A stretch of 64,000 nucleotides of DNA from an uncultured delta proteobacterium (GTDB lineage Bacteria > Bdellovibrionota > FAC87 > UBA2466), in contig CAVZSV010000004.1 in NCBI GenBank assembly GCA_963778115.1, positions 1,088,001 to 1,152,000 on the forward strand. Reading direction: 5' to 3'. Position 1 is the first letter of the stretch. Every line of letters begins with the position of its first letter. The notes under the pieces are model-generated. The model was not told where the DNA came from. It saw only the letters and a list, made by a program, of their open reading frames with translations, and did not search any database. This document shows positions 17,424 through 27,535 of the stretch, in pieces. Made by a program: the position numbers and the translations under genes.

Positions 17424-18740
17424 CTATGGTGAGGTTGTTAGATCCCTTTGATCAAGCGCCAAATTCCCAGCGTGGAAGACCAACCTAACATTTTGGGTAT
17501 TCGCAATATCTTCGATAGGATTACCCTCGATGACCACAAGATCGGCCTCGTCTCCATTCTCAATTCCCGAAGTGCGCCGTAGAAATTTCTTGGGAAGCGT
17601 CGTCGCCGAAGCAAGCGCGGTCCAGCTTGTAGCCCCCGCATTGACCATCATCACCATTTCCCGATGTACCGAATAGCCGTGGAAAACTCCAATATCACCT
17701 GAATCGGTCCCACAAAAGATAGGGATTCCAGCCTTGATCAATTTGGCTAGCGATCGGGGAAACGAATCTCGACCTCGGGATTGCCAATCAAGAACTCGGT
17801 GAAGGAAAGGTTCCGAGGGGTCCATGCGGCGGTAGGCATTTAAGAGGTTCGCAGGAATGAGAGAGACCAGAAGAGGCGAATTAAGAAGGTCTCGATTCTC
17901 AAGAATGTGTAAAGCCTCGGTCTGGTAGGCCATGGTGGGAATTTCGATCGTCTTTCGCTCCTTCATCAGCGCAACGAGAGAATCCGGAATATCGGTCTCG
18001 TGAAGGTGGGTTACGATGGTAGCCCCCGCAAGGACAGCCGCTTTGGCATCGTCCCAATTTCCAATATGAACGACGGTGCGCAGATTATGTTTCTTGGCGG
18101 TTCGGATAATTGCCTTCAAAAGAGATTCATTCATGACGGGTTTTGGTGGGACCTGCTCGCCCGCGTGGTCGTAAGACATCTTCACGACATCGGGATGTTT
18201 CTTGGCCAGCTCATCGACCTGCTTCTCTGCCTCTTTCACGCTCGTCACCAATCGGGTGGGACGACCGAGGTCGGAACCGTGGCCCTGAGGACACGTTAGC
18301 ATCGGGCCGGCGGCAAAGATCTCAGCCCCTTCTTTCGTTCTACGGATTTCGTCGCGGGCTGAAAAAATCTCGTTCTCATCGGCAAAGAGATCCAAGAACC
18401 CCGTAACTCCCGTGCGCAATACCAGACGTGATGTCTCGATCGGTGTGAGATCTTGGCGCGAGTCCCCAGGCCCAGGGTTTCCAAACGAAGAGTGGACATG
18501 CATGTCGTATATTCCAGGAATAATGTATTTCCCGGTAATGTCGATAACTCGCTCTCCCGGTTTGAACGCTTTAGGAGCGGTTTGGCGCTGGAGCTTTCCG
18601 TTGGATATACGAAGATCGGTACGGAGAATCTTTTGTGTAGCGGGATCCACTACCGAACCGCCTTTTAGCCAGACCGTATCCGCCCGAGCGGTGACTGACA
18701 TCCCAAAAAAGAACAGGACTGTGACTAGACGACGACCCAT
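17424..18740 (-). CDS. Secreted metal-dependent amidohydrolase
   Basis: IIPGIYDMHVH, GTDSG, ADLVVIEGNP; signal peptide. Confidence 0.9.
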   Translation of the reverse strand: MGRRLVTVLFFFGMSVTARADTVWLKGGSVVDPATQKILRTDLRISNGKLQRQTAPKAFKPGERVIDITGKYIIPGIYDMHVHSSFGNPGPGDSRQDLTPIETSRLVLRTGVTGFLDLFADENEIFSARDEIRRTKEGAEIFAAGPMLTCPQGHGSDLGRPTRLVTSVKEAEKQVDELAKKHPDVVKMSYDHAGEQVPPKPVMNESLLKAIIRTAKKHNLRTVVHIGNWDDAKAAVLAGATIVTHLHETDIPDSLVALMKERKTIEIPTMAYQTEALHILENRDLLNSPLLVSLIPANLLNAYRRMDPSEPFLHRVLDWQSRGRDSFPRSLAKLIKAGIPIFCGTDSGDIGVFHGYSVHREMVMMVNAGATSWTALASATTLPKKFLRRTSGIENGDEADLVVIEGNPIEDIANTQNVRLVFHAGNLALDQRDLTTSP

Positions 18741-18843
18741 GCCTTTACCCCGGATCTAATATAGCATTCGGCCAAGCCAGTTGGATTGGAATAATTCCAC
18801 GTAATCCGCTTCCCTTGTCATTGATTTACCGGTAGATCGTAAA

Positions 18844-18954
18844 CGCAAATAACTTGCAATTATGTAGCGCTTTGCGGCCATGAAAAGTCCTAAGAGGCCT
18901 TTTAAATAAGCTTGATGAATTTCAGGCCAAAAACTAACATGCAATTTTATTGCA
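18844..18954. promoter_or_regulatory. Two Zur/Fur-type boxes
   Basis: CGCAA-ATAAC-TTGCA at 18844-18858; TGCAA-TTTTA-TTGCA at 18940-18954. Confidence 0.65.
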
Positions 18955-19058
18955 ACTAATTGATTTGTCAGAATTAGTCTCTTCTGGTGGATTTACGTTT
19001 GACGCCGCTGCGAAAACTATCCTAATTTAGACAGGCCTATTAGGCAGGAGGAATACAA

Positions 19059-19244
19059 ATGAGCGAACAACATGGACAAAAAGCCGACCAATGCAAACCC
19101 CATCCAAACCATGCCCATAAACATGGAGAAGGTTGCGGTCACAAAGCCGTGAAGCACGGCGACCATACCGACTATGAGCACGATGGACATTTACATCGCC
19201 CCCACGGTGACCATGTCGATGAATGCAGCGGTCCAAAAAAATAG
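19059..19244 (+). CDS. Small His/Cys-rich metal-binding protein
   Basis: AGGAGG SD; HAHKHGEGCGHKAVKHGDHTDYEHDGHLHRPHGDHVDEC. Confidence 0.8.
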   Translation: MSEQHGQKADQCKPHPNHAHKHGEGCGHKAVKHGDHTDYEHDGHLHRPHGDHVDECSGPKK

Positions 19245-19733
19245 TTAGACAGATCCAGACAATTTTGAGTTCGGGGGATCGCTAGGCGGAGGGCTACATT
19301 TCGCGCACACCGCGAAGAATTCAAGGGAATGGCTGATATGGGAATAGCCCTCTTTCTTGAGAATTTTTTCAATCCCCTCGACTAGGCAAAAATCTAGACT
19401 GCGTATTTTGCGGCACTTGGTGCAGACCACGTGATGGTGGTGCTCGGAGCCCTCGCCGCGGTATTCAAATCGTACCGGACCGTCTCCAAAATCACAGCGC
19501 CCTACGATTCCGCTTTCCTGGAAGGAAGCGATGCAGCGGTAGACGGTGACCGGATCGATGTCTTCCTTTTCCACTCTCTTATGGAGTTCTTCCATTGTGA
19601 ACGGACCATGAGATTGGATTAGAATCGCAAGCACGGCGAGCCTCGGCCTCGTAATCCGAAGTTCGGCCTTAGTAAGGCACCGTACGGCAATCGCTTCGAG
19701 TTCTTTTTTACCGTGTTTTTTGCCATGAGTCAT
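19245..19733 (-). CDS. Fur-family regulator (probable Zur)
   Basis: LRITRPRLAVL, TVYR, HHHHVVCTKC, CAKC. Confidence 0.9.
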   Translation of the reverse strand: MTHGKKHGKKELEAIAVRCLTKAELRITRPRLAVLAILIQSHGPFTMEELHKRVEKEDIDPVTVYRCIASFQESGIVGRCDFGDGPVRFEYRGEGSEHHHHVVCTKCRKIRSLDFCLVEGIEKILKKEGYSHISHSLEFFAVCAKCSPPPSDPPNSKLSGSV

Positions 19734-19922
19734 TTTATTGATCCCTCAACCTACTTCATCGGATGATTCGGAGGTTCGATTTAGCCGTGGCACGATACCG
19801 ATCAACAACTCAGATTTCTGCTAGTGTTTCCAAGTAGTGGGGCGTCGCCTAGCCATCTGATGTACTTTCAAGAACGATGCCTTGCTGTGTCAGGAAAAAT
19901 CGGACAAAATTGAATACACCTA

Positions 19923-20999
19923 ATGCTTGTCCGGAGAATGGGAAAAATTATGAACGAGTCCGCACGTAACCGCCGCAGCCAGTACCGAATTCATCACCAT
20001 GAGTTTGTAACGAAGGACGATGACATCAGACGAAACATGGGGCGAACGCGCGGGGTCGTTATCCTTGCCGCTTCGATGATGGTTTTAGAAATCACGTTTG
20101 GTTTTCTAAGTTCTTCGATGGCCCTTCTGGCGGAGGGATGGCACATGGCCTCTCACGTTGGGGCCTTGGTAATCACTCTGCTCGCGTATCAATTTGCGAC
20201 CTCAAGTAAGGCACACGAACACTTCTCGTTTGGCTCGGGGAAGTTTATTCCACTGGGGGGATATACTACGGCGATCATTCTCGCCATAGTCGCCATTTTG
20301 ATGGCGGTCGAATCAGTTGGGCGATTTTTTACCCCAGAAAAAGTAGCTTTTGGAGAGGCTATTTTGATCACCTCAATTGGACTCTTAGTCAATCTTGTCA
20401 GCGCTTTTGTCTTAGGACACGGGCACCATTTTCACGGACACGACCATAGTCACGATCATAACCATTCAGAACATTCGCACGATCACGTCGAACCCGATCA
20501 CGATGCTCACGACCACGATACTCATTCCCACAAGCCCGTCGCCGACGTAAATATCCGAAGTGCCTATTTTCATATTCTGGCGGATGCCCTGACCTCAATT
20601 TTAGCGTTGGGTGCCCTCGTATTGGGACGACAACTTGGAGCAACATGGCCTGACGCCGTTGTTGGATTTGTGGGCGCATTGGTTATCTTACGCTGGAGCT
20701 ATAACCTTTGCCGCGAGACCGGATGGGAACTCTTAGACGGTCACCCGAAGGAGATTAATCGAGATGCCCTTCAGAAAGCTCTCGAGGATGAATCTACCAG
20801 CGTACTCGATCTCCACGTTTGGAAGATCGCTCCCCGAACCCACGCGTGTGAACTTGTTGTTTCCAGTCCCACTGCTAAGGGCCCGGATTACTACAAGGCA
20901 AAGATACGAAACCGTTTTCTCATTCGTCACATCGTAGTTGAAGAAGTGCACGATGATCTGTTGCCCTCCGAAAAGATCGCAGAACAAGCAGGGACCTGA
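19923..20999 (+). CDS. dmeF: CDF metal efflux transporter, DmeF-like
   Basis: SMALLAEGWHMASH, His-rich loop, NIRSAYFHILADALTS, DLHVW. Confidence 0.8.
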   Translation: MLVRRMGKIMNESARNRRSQYRIHHHEFVTKDDDIRRNMGRTRGVVILAASMMVLEITFGFLSSSMALLAEGWHMASHVGALVITLLAYQFATSSKAHEHFSFGSGKFIPLGGYTTAIILAIVAILMAVESVGRFFTPEKVAFGEAILITSIGLLVNLVSAFVLGHGHHFHGHDHSHDHNHSEHSHDHVEPDHDAHDHDTHSHKPVADVNIRSAYFHILADALTSILALGALVLGRQLGATWPDAVVGFVGALVILRWSYNLCRETGWELLDGHPKEINRDALQKALEDESTSVLDLHVWKIAPRTHACELVVSSPTAKGPDYYKAKIRNRFLIRHIVVEEVHDDLLPSEKIAEQAGT

Positions 21000-21065
21000 C
21001 TCATCAGAAAAAAGTGGGGATCATTTGAGGATCCTTCAGGAAAGAAGTGTCACTCTCCTTTAAGG

Positions 21066-22546
21066 CTAAGGATCATACATATCTTTTCTTGCCTTTCTCT
21101 GTGAAATTTGATCAATCATTTAGATGAGTAATACTCTTGAACCTAAGTTTTTTTCGTCCATGTCGAATGAGTTCGCTGGGGCTAATTTTGGCGATCTGCG
21201 ACTCACCCGGAGGTTAATGGACATGTCTGACGGTATCGCCCAAGATCCTAAAGAGACCTTACCCAAGCTTTTAGGAGAAGGAGCTGGAATTGAGGGAGGT
21301 TACCGTTTTCTGCGTAATCCCCGTGTGAATTTGGAGTCGATTTTAGCATCCCATTTTGAGCAGACGGTTTTGCGAGCGAAACTGGAAAAGGAAGTTCTGG
21401 TTCTCCACGATACGACTGAGTTCAAATTTCCTTCCAAACGTAAGGGGCTAGGTTTGCTCAGTGGTAGTCGCTCCGCGGGAGACGGTTTCTACGGGCATTT
21501 TTCCTTAGTTGTGGGATCTTGTTTGCATCGACCTCTTGGGGTTGTGGCGGTTGAGCCAATGATTAAGCTGAAGAAGAAAGGCTATCAAAGCCCGTCCAAA
21601 GCGCGACAAGATCCGACGAGAAAGTCTCTGCGTTGGATGCGAGGAATTGTGGCCAGCGAATCGAGATTGGGCTTCGCAGCGAAACCTATTCACGTGATGG
21701 ACCGTGAGGCAGATTTCTTCGAGTTACTTTCTGAACTAAAAGATTCATCTGGTCGCTGCGTGATTCGAGTCTGCCGAGATCGTTTGGTTACAGACGAAAA
21801 CCTAGAAGAAGGAGTGAGCCTTTACAGCTCACTCGAGAGCGCTCCGGTAAAGCTTCAACGAGAAGTCCGAGTTGGAACAAGAGCACAAAGTCCCTTACCT
21901 CAAAACAGAAAAGACTACCCCGCTCGTCAGCAACGAACCGCCATGTTATCGGCGACAGCGGCAAGGGTGGAGCTAATACGAGGTCACCATCATGGAGCAA
22001 GATTAAATAAGACTGTGACACTCAACGTTGTCCACGTCTTTGAGTCCAATCCGCCGGAGGGAACAGAGCCGATTGATTGGAAATTACTCACTACCGAGTC
22101 TACCAATACGCCCGCGGATATCGAAAAGGTGATCGATATCTATCGAGCCAGATGGCTTATCGAAGAATATTTTAAGGCGATCAAAACTGGATGTGCCTTT
22201 GAAGAACGGCAACTCGAATCGAAAGATACCATTTTCAATGCCTTGGCAATCTTTATCCCAATCGCCTGGCGAATGCTGCTCTTGCGAGCGGAAGCCAGGC
22301 AACGGCCACTCACCCCGGCGACAGTAGTGTTAACCCCGACTCAAATATCGGTTCTCCGAGCGGTCTCAAAAACTCCCATCCCGGAAAATCCTACGGTCGC
22401 AGAAGCAATTTCAGCCGTTGCGAGGCTCGGCGGCCACCTTAAGCAGAATGGCCCGCCAGGTTGGAAAATACTAGGAAAGGGCCTCACAGAACTATTGACT
22501 CTAGAAAAAGGGTGGCTCGCTAAAGAAAGATGTGATCAATGATTAG
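21066..22546 (+). mobile_element. IS4 family (IS50/Tn5-like) insertion sequence, complete
   Basis: Perfect 9-bp target duplication CCTTTAAGG (21057-21065 and 22547-22555); imperfect terminal IRs CTAA...ATCTTT. Confidence 0.9.
21124..22542 (+). CDS. IS4 family transposase
   Basis: FGDLRLTRRL, HDTT, DREAD, YRARWLIEEYFKAIK, ARLGGH...PPGW. Confidence 0.95.
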   Translation: MSNTLEPKFFSSMSNEFAGANFGDLRLTRRLMDMSDGIAQDPKETLPKLLGEGAGIEGGYRFLRNPRVNLESILASHFEQTVLRAKLEKEVLVLHDTTEFKFPSKRKGLGLLSGSRSAGDGFYGHFSLVVGSCLHRPLGVVAVEPMIKLKKKGYQSPSKARQDPTRKSLRWMRGIVASESRLGFAAKPIHVMDREADFFELLSELKDSSGRCVIRVCRDRLVTDENLEEGVSLYSSLESAPVKLQREVRVGTRAQSPLPQNRKDYPARQQRTAMLSATAARVELIRGHHHGARLNKTVTLNVVHVFESNPPEGTEPIDWKLLTTESTNTPADIEKVIDIYRARWLIEEYFKAIKTGCAFEERQLESKDTIFNALAIFIPIAWRMLLLRAEARQRPLTPATVVLTPTQISVLRAVSKTPIPENPTVAEAISAVARLGGHLKQNGPPGWKILGKGLTELLTLEKGWLAKERCDQ

Positions 22547-22683
22547 CCTTTAAGGCCTTTTCGGAAGGGGTCATCCTTTAGGCACGTGACCCGTACCTTT
22601 TGGGCCCTAAAGGAGAGTGACACCTTTAGTCCCCTTTAGTCCCTTTAGTCGTTGGCTGTGGTATTAGAGTTGGAGCAGTTAGT

Positions 22684-24357
22684 ATGAACAAACGTCAGCG
22701 CCAGCTCATAGTTGATTCCCTGCTCCTAGGGGTTGTAGGAGCTGCCGCAACGCAGGCCTTCTCCTTCTTGCTAAAAGTAGCTCAGCAAGTCTTTCTTGAG
22801 GGAATAGCTGGCTACCGACCACCGGGCATACCCGATGATGGTGGGGTCCTTACTCAAGTTATCGGTCCGCATGGGTTATGGCTGATTCCTCTGGCCACCA
22901 CTCTGGGAGGTCTACTTTCGGGAATCTTAGTTTACACTTTTGCCCCGGAGGCAGAAGGCCATGGAACCGATACCGCCGTTAAGTCATTTCATCAGGAAGG
23001 AGGCCGAATCCGATTTCGCGTCCCGCTGGTCAAGATGATTGCCTCAGCGCTGACGATTGGTTCCGGAGGGGCCGCTGGGAGGGAGGGACCCACGGCGCTG
23101 ATCACGGCCGGATTCGGGTCCGCTTATGCAACTCTTTTCCGTCGTACCGAGAAAGATCGAAGATTGTTGGTGCTGGTAGGAATGGCTGCCGGACTCTCTG
23201 CCATGTTTCGTTCTCCCATCGGTGCCGCCCTTTTTTCTATTGAAGTCCTATATTCGGATATGGAATTCGAAGTAGGTGCACTCCTGTTTGCGATACTGGC
23301 TGCCGTTCTTGCCTTTGCACTAAACGGACTCTTGGTAAATTGGGCGCCGCTATTTCAAGTTCCTCCCTCGTTTCATTTTGCCCAGAAAGCAGATTATCTA
23401 TGGTTTATTATTTTGGGAGTTACGAGTGGGCTAGTTGCCTCAATTTTGCCCTCTCTTTTTTATCGACTTCGGGATGAATTCTTGAAATTACCGATCCCCT
23501 CCTTTGCAAAACCAGCTCTTGGCGGACTTGGCGTCGGCCTTATTGCACTGGGACTTCCTCAGATTTTGGGGGGAGGATACGGATGGATTCAGCAGGCCAT
23601 CGATGGGGCACTCCCGTTTAAGATTTTAATAGCGCTTTTCCTGGGTAAACTCTTGGCTTTTCCGCTTACGGTTTCATCAGGGGGTTCAGGCGGAGTCTTC
23701 GCTCCAGGCCTATTTGTAGGTGCCATGTTAGGAGGAACGCTATCCCAATTAGCTCATCAACCTCCAGCCCCATTTGTCGTGGTCGGAATGGCGGCCGTCT
23801 TCGGCGGAGCTGCTCGAGTTCCCATTGCCACGATACTGATGGTAACCGAGATGACCGGGGGATTTGAGCTTCTGGTACCGGCTTCGCTCGCCGTCGTCAT
23901 CGCCTACTTGTTACAAGATTCGATCACTCAAAAATTCAGATACCGCAGTCTCTATGAGTCCCAAGTTGCCGCCCGCAGTGACTCCCCTGCCCACGAGATT
24001 GAACATCTGAAAACAGCGTTGGAACTCATTCGAAGGAGGCAAGTTTTCACCCCCGAAAATTTGGGACACGTTGATCTCGTGGCTCTTCTTCGTTCAGGAA
24101 TTCCGGTCGATTTCCCCAATGGTACGCAATTGGGGCTTGCCACCCTAAAAGCGGGAAGTTGGTGGATCGGCAAACCCTTACAGCCGACCTATTCTTTCGA
24201 CGGGGGCGCCTCCGTCGAAGTGGTGGCCCTTCTTCGAGGGAAGAACCTCATCTTGCCCATAGAAAAAGAGGTTCTCATTGAAAGCGGGGATCGTCTGATC
24301 GCCATCGCCTCAGCTACGGTCTGGGCGGATCAGAAGAACTACCAACTCACCCCTTAG
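22684..24357 (+). CDS. ClC chloride channel/antiporter with C-terminal RCK-like domain
   Basis: EAEGHGTD, GREGP, GGVFAPGL, EMTGG. Confidence 0.92.
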   Translation: MNKRQRQLIVDSLLLGVVGAAATQAFSFLLKVAQQVFLEGIAGYRPPGIPDDGGVLTQVIGPHGLWLIPLATTLGGLLSGILVYTFAPEAEGHGTDTAVKSFHQEGGRIRFRVPLVKMIASALTIGSGGAAGREGPTALITAGFGSAYATLFRRTEKDRRLLVLVGMAAGLSAMFRSPIGAALFSIEVLYSDMEFEVGALLFAILAAVLAFALNGLLVNWAPLFQVPPSFHFAQKADYLWFIILGVTSGLVASILPSLFYRLRDEFLKLPIPSFAKPALGGLGVGLIALGLPQILGGGYGWIQQAIDGALPFKILIALFLGKLLAFPLTVSSGGSGGVFAPGLFVGAMLGGTLSQLAHQPPAPFVVVGMAAVFGGAARVPIATILMVTEMTGGFELLVPASLAVVIAYLLQDSITQKFRYRSLYESQVAARSDSPAHEIEHLKTALELIRRRQVFTPENLGHVDLVALLRSGIPVDFPNGTQLGLATLKAGSWWIGKPLQPTYSFDGGASVEVVALLRGKNLILPIEKEVLIESGDRLIAIASATVWADQKNYQLTP

Positions 24358-26197
24358 CACTTCCAAAGATTCCTGTTGGTAACTGCCACATCAAAACCCC
24401 TCCATAAATCGAAATACCCACTATCAACCAGACGAGATAGTCTCCGATCAATCCCGTGTGCATTTTGTGGAAGGGGCGCATGAAAAGAGAAAAGGCATTT
24501 CGACCGAGAAAATGAGCGTATCGGGCCTTGGAGGAAATAAGATCGTATCCTGCGATGGAGACCGCAAGAAGACAGCCTAAAAGCCCTCGCAGTATGGGCC
24601 ATGTCCAAGAGATTTCGTGCAATACCGATTTCCCCGAATCGAAGGGTGTCGCGAAGACGACACTTTGATAATAGCGCGCATCCAAGAATCGCTGGCTATG
24701 GATCTCCAGGGAATGACGCATACCACTCGATATTCCTATACACAGAGCGAAGGCGACAAAAAGAGTCGCTGTCATAACCATGGGAGAGGAAAAACGAGTC
24801 TTAACCTTTGTCTCACGTTTTTCAGAGGGAACATGGGCGGTACGATCGCGAGGAGCTGTGAGACCCGAGGTATAGGGACCGAAATCTCGCGCCAGGGCAG
24901 AAAGAACCGCGCCGCCGGTCATTCCCCCGATAATGACGAATAACCAAGATAGCCATGCAAAACCCTTGGCTTCTGCCGCGGCAGAAAGGTAGGCCTCTCC
25001 GTAAAAGGTTCCGAAGGGAGGCAGTCCGCAAAGTCCAAGGGCGGCCAACAGAAGAACGATCGCTGTACGTCTGAGGGAAAATCGTGCCTTCCCTTGCAGC
25101 TCATATTCGTCGAGCGACCCAAAACGATCGAGCAAAATTCCCGCACCCACAAAAAGCGCACCTTTAACGGCTCCGTGTCCCAAAACGTAAAGAGCAGTCC
25201 CCGTAAGGGCCATTGAACTGAGCAGGGAAATTCCCACGAGCATGACTCCCACATGGCTTATGGTCGAAAAAGCCAGAAGACGTTTCCAATGCCTTTGTCC
25301 CAGACAGAAGACTGCTCCCACCATCATCGTCAAAACCCCCATTAGCAAAAGTAGATTTTGTATCGCGAACGTTTTATGGGTCATGGGGATGGAAAATAAC
25401 ACCCAATACGTTTTTGCAACGGCGTAAAGTCCCAGTTCGACCATCACACCCGAGAAGAGGATGCAAACGGGTGTCGGAGCCACCGCATGAGCGTCAGCTA
25501 GCCAAAAGTGAAAAGGAAACGCGGCTCCTTTGACGAGAAAGCCCGACCACACCAAAAGAAGAACCAACACGATAAATGTCATGCTCGGCGGATGACTTTC
25601 AAGACTGAGCGAGATTTGGGCGAGATTAAGAGCACCCGTTCTAGCGTAAAGAAGAGATATTCCGATGAGCGTAAGAAAAGCACCGACAGTATTAGTCACG
25701 GCAAAGTTGATAGCCCCTTGAAGCGGGCCTGGTTCTTCACTCTTATACCCACAAAGGGCGACCGAAGTTGCCGTCATGAGTTCAAACCATACGAATAGAT
25801 TGAAGAGATCTCCTGTCAGACAAAATCCGTTCATCGCGCCTATAAAAACGAGCATTAAAGTATGAAACAGAGCTTTTACTTCTTTGAAATATTCCCATGC
25901 AAAAAGAAAGGCTCCCATCGCTAAAAACGAAACAAAGGCCGCAAGTCCTGCTCCCAGGGGTTCAACGACAAAGGAGATCCCAATAGCCATCGCACCTTCG
26001 GGTTTCCATCCGCCAAACCAGTAGACCAAGGGCCGTTCCATACTTTGATGCATTAAGCGGGCAAGGACGAAAACACAGACCACACACGTTGAAAGGGAAA
26101 ACAGGTCGACGAGTCGTCGGGGAATCCATCTTCCTGTTAAAGCGAGTAAGGCAGCGGCAAAAAAGGGAACTACCACTGGCAAAACAATCAGTCCCAT
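24347..26197 (-). CDS. Mrp/Mnh antiporter subunit D-like (complex I subunit 5 family)
   Basis: TGDLFNLFVWFELM, KGAAFPFHFWLADAH, KRLLAFSTISHVG. Confidence 0.88.
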   Translation of the reverse strand: MGLIVLPVVVPFFAAALLALTGRWIPRRLVDLFSLSTCVVCVFVLARLMHQSMERPLVYWFGGWKPEGAMAIGISFVVEPLGAGLAAFVSFLAMGAFLFAWEYFKEVKALFHTLMLVFIGAMNGFCLTGDLFNLFVWFELMTATSVALCGYKSEEPGPLQGAINFAVTNTVGAFLTLIGISLLYARTGALNLAQISLSLESHPPSMTFIVLVLLLVWSGFLVKGAAFPFHFWLADAHAVAPTPVCILFSGVMVELGLYAVAKTYWVLFSIPMTHKTFAIQNLLLLMGVLTMMVGAVFCLGQRHWKRLLAFSTISHVGVMLVGISLLSSMALTGTALYVLGHGAVKGALFVGAGILLDRFGSLDEYELQGKARFSLRRTAIVLLLAALGLCGLPPFGTFYGEAYLSAAAEAKGFAWLSWLFVIIGGMTGGAVLSALARDFGPYTSGLTAPRDRTAHVPSEKRETKVKTRFSSPMVMTATLFVAFALCIGISSGMRHSLEIHSQRFLDARYYQSVVFATPFDSGKSVLHEISWTWPILRGLLGCLLAVSIAGYDLISSKARYAHFLGRNAFSLFMRPFHKMHTGLIGDYLVWLIVGISIYGGVLMWQLPTGIFGSAKG

Positions 26198-26199
26198 TT

Positions 26200-26544
26200 T
26201 TACCCTTTCATTTGGCCAATCTTTTGAGGATCAGTAGTCTTACTACACTTATGAACCTGAACCGCAAGAGCGAGAAGGAGCGCCACCACAGTCGCTTCTA
26301 CTACAATGTCGGTTAGCATGAGGGCTTGGACAACAGAATCTACGGCTGTCGCATGATCGCTCTGGGTGAAAATAGGCGCAATGCCCCCATCACGGTAACC
26401 GATACCAACCAGCAAGACGTAGGTCGAAGATTGGAATACCGCGAGGCAGAGACACAGGTGGATTAAATTGCGGCTGGTGACTAGACCATACATTCCCGTG
26501 CCAAAAACGGAGGCTGCAATGACGTAGCTAAAATGGTCTATCAT
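26200..26544 (-). CDS. Mrp/Mnh subunit C
   Basis: APIF...DSVVQALMLTDIVV. Confidence 0.88.
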   Translation of the reverse strand: MIDHFSYVIAASVFGTGMYGLVTSRNLIHLCLCLAVFQSSTYVLLVGIGYRDGGIAPIFTQSDHATAVDSVVQALMLTDIVVEATVVALLLALAVQVHKCSKTTDPQKIGQMKG

Positions 26545-27290
26545 TGTTTTGCATCCTGAACCAATGTCTCTTGAAGAAAGGCACGAAGTAAAAGAACGAA
26601 GCCCGCTGCTACTTCCAATCCGGTGGCAATGTTGATAACGAAAATGGACCCAGACGAAAAAACATCACCGGTGATTCCCAAAGGAAGGATATTTTGAAGG
26701 AAGGATTTACCCCACGCTATCCCCGCCAACCCCGTTAGTAAAAAGATAAGAACACCTAACGACTCCGTGATCTCCAAATATTTTATCCTCGCGATGTTTT
26801 TAAACCGAGAAAATCCTTTGCCAAGGTAAATCAGAAGCGGAGCCGTGGCTAAAACCACCCCTCCTTGGAAACCGCCTCCTGGCGATAACTGTCCGTGAGT
26901 CACTAGATAGAAACCGAAAAGAACGATGGGCCCGGTCATGCCCAAAGTCCACGTCGAGACAGCCTCGCTCACGGGAGAAACTTTTCTCTCGATGCTGTGA
27001 TCCGGTCTGACTCCTTGATTTTTCTCGTCGGCTTGACGCATTAGAAGAACAGTTCCCAACACCGATACAAAAAGAATAAATTCCTCTCCCAATGTGTCGA
27101 ACCCTCGATAATCGAAGTTTACGGCCGTCACCGCATCTTGAGTATGGCGCTCGGCAACGACCCCCGCGTTGATGCGATCTCCGTAGGGTCCTTGATAATC
27201 TCCGGTTCTGGGGAGGTCGTTCAAACCTCGTAAATAGATGGCTCCGAGAGCCAAGAGCCCAATGCCTAACATGAAAAGCCTTGTTCTCAT
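26541..27290 (-). CDS. MnhB-domain protein
   Basis: VTAVNFDYRGFDTLGEE, HGQLSPGGGFQGG. Confidence 0.88.
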   Translation of the reverse strand: MRTRLFMLGIGLLALGAIYLRGLNDLPRTGDYQGPYGDRINAGVVAERHTQDAVTAVNFDYRGFDTLGEEFILFVSVLGTVLLMRQADEKNQGVRPDHSIERKVSPVSEAVSTWTLGMTGPIVLFGFYLVTHGQLSPGGGFQGGVVLATAPLLIYLGKGFSRFKNIARIKYLEITESLGVLIFLLTGLAGIAWGKSFLQNILPLGITGDVFSSGSIFVINIATGLEVAAGFVLLLRAFLQETLVQDAKQ

Positions 27291-27535
27291 TCGGTGTCGC
27301 TCTTCATTCTTGCCATCGCAAGTAACACCATCAGTGGAAGCGCTACCGCTCCTATCACGATTTGAGATAGCGCCACGTCTGGAGCCTGATAGAGAAAGAA
27401 CATTAATGCCAAGGTCAATCCGTAAAAACTAACTACGATGATCTGTTTTGCGGGGTCTCGAGTCATCACGACACCGATCGCGGTTACGGCAACCGCTAAA
27501 AGACAATACACCTGCATCCATTTCAACAAAGTCAC
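27287..27535 (-). CDS. DUF4040 Mrp-associated subunit
   Basis: QAPDVALSQIVIG. Confidence 0.85.
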   Translation of the reverse strand: MTLLKWMQVYCLLAVAVTAIGVVMTRDPAKQIIVVSFYGLTLALMFFLYQAPDVALSQIVIGAVALPLMVLLAMARMKSDTE

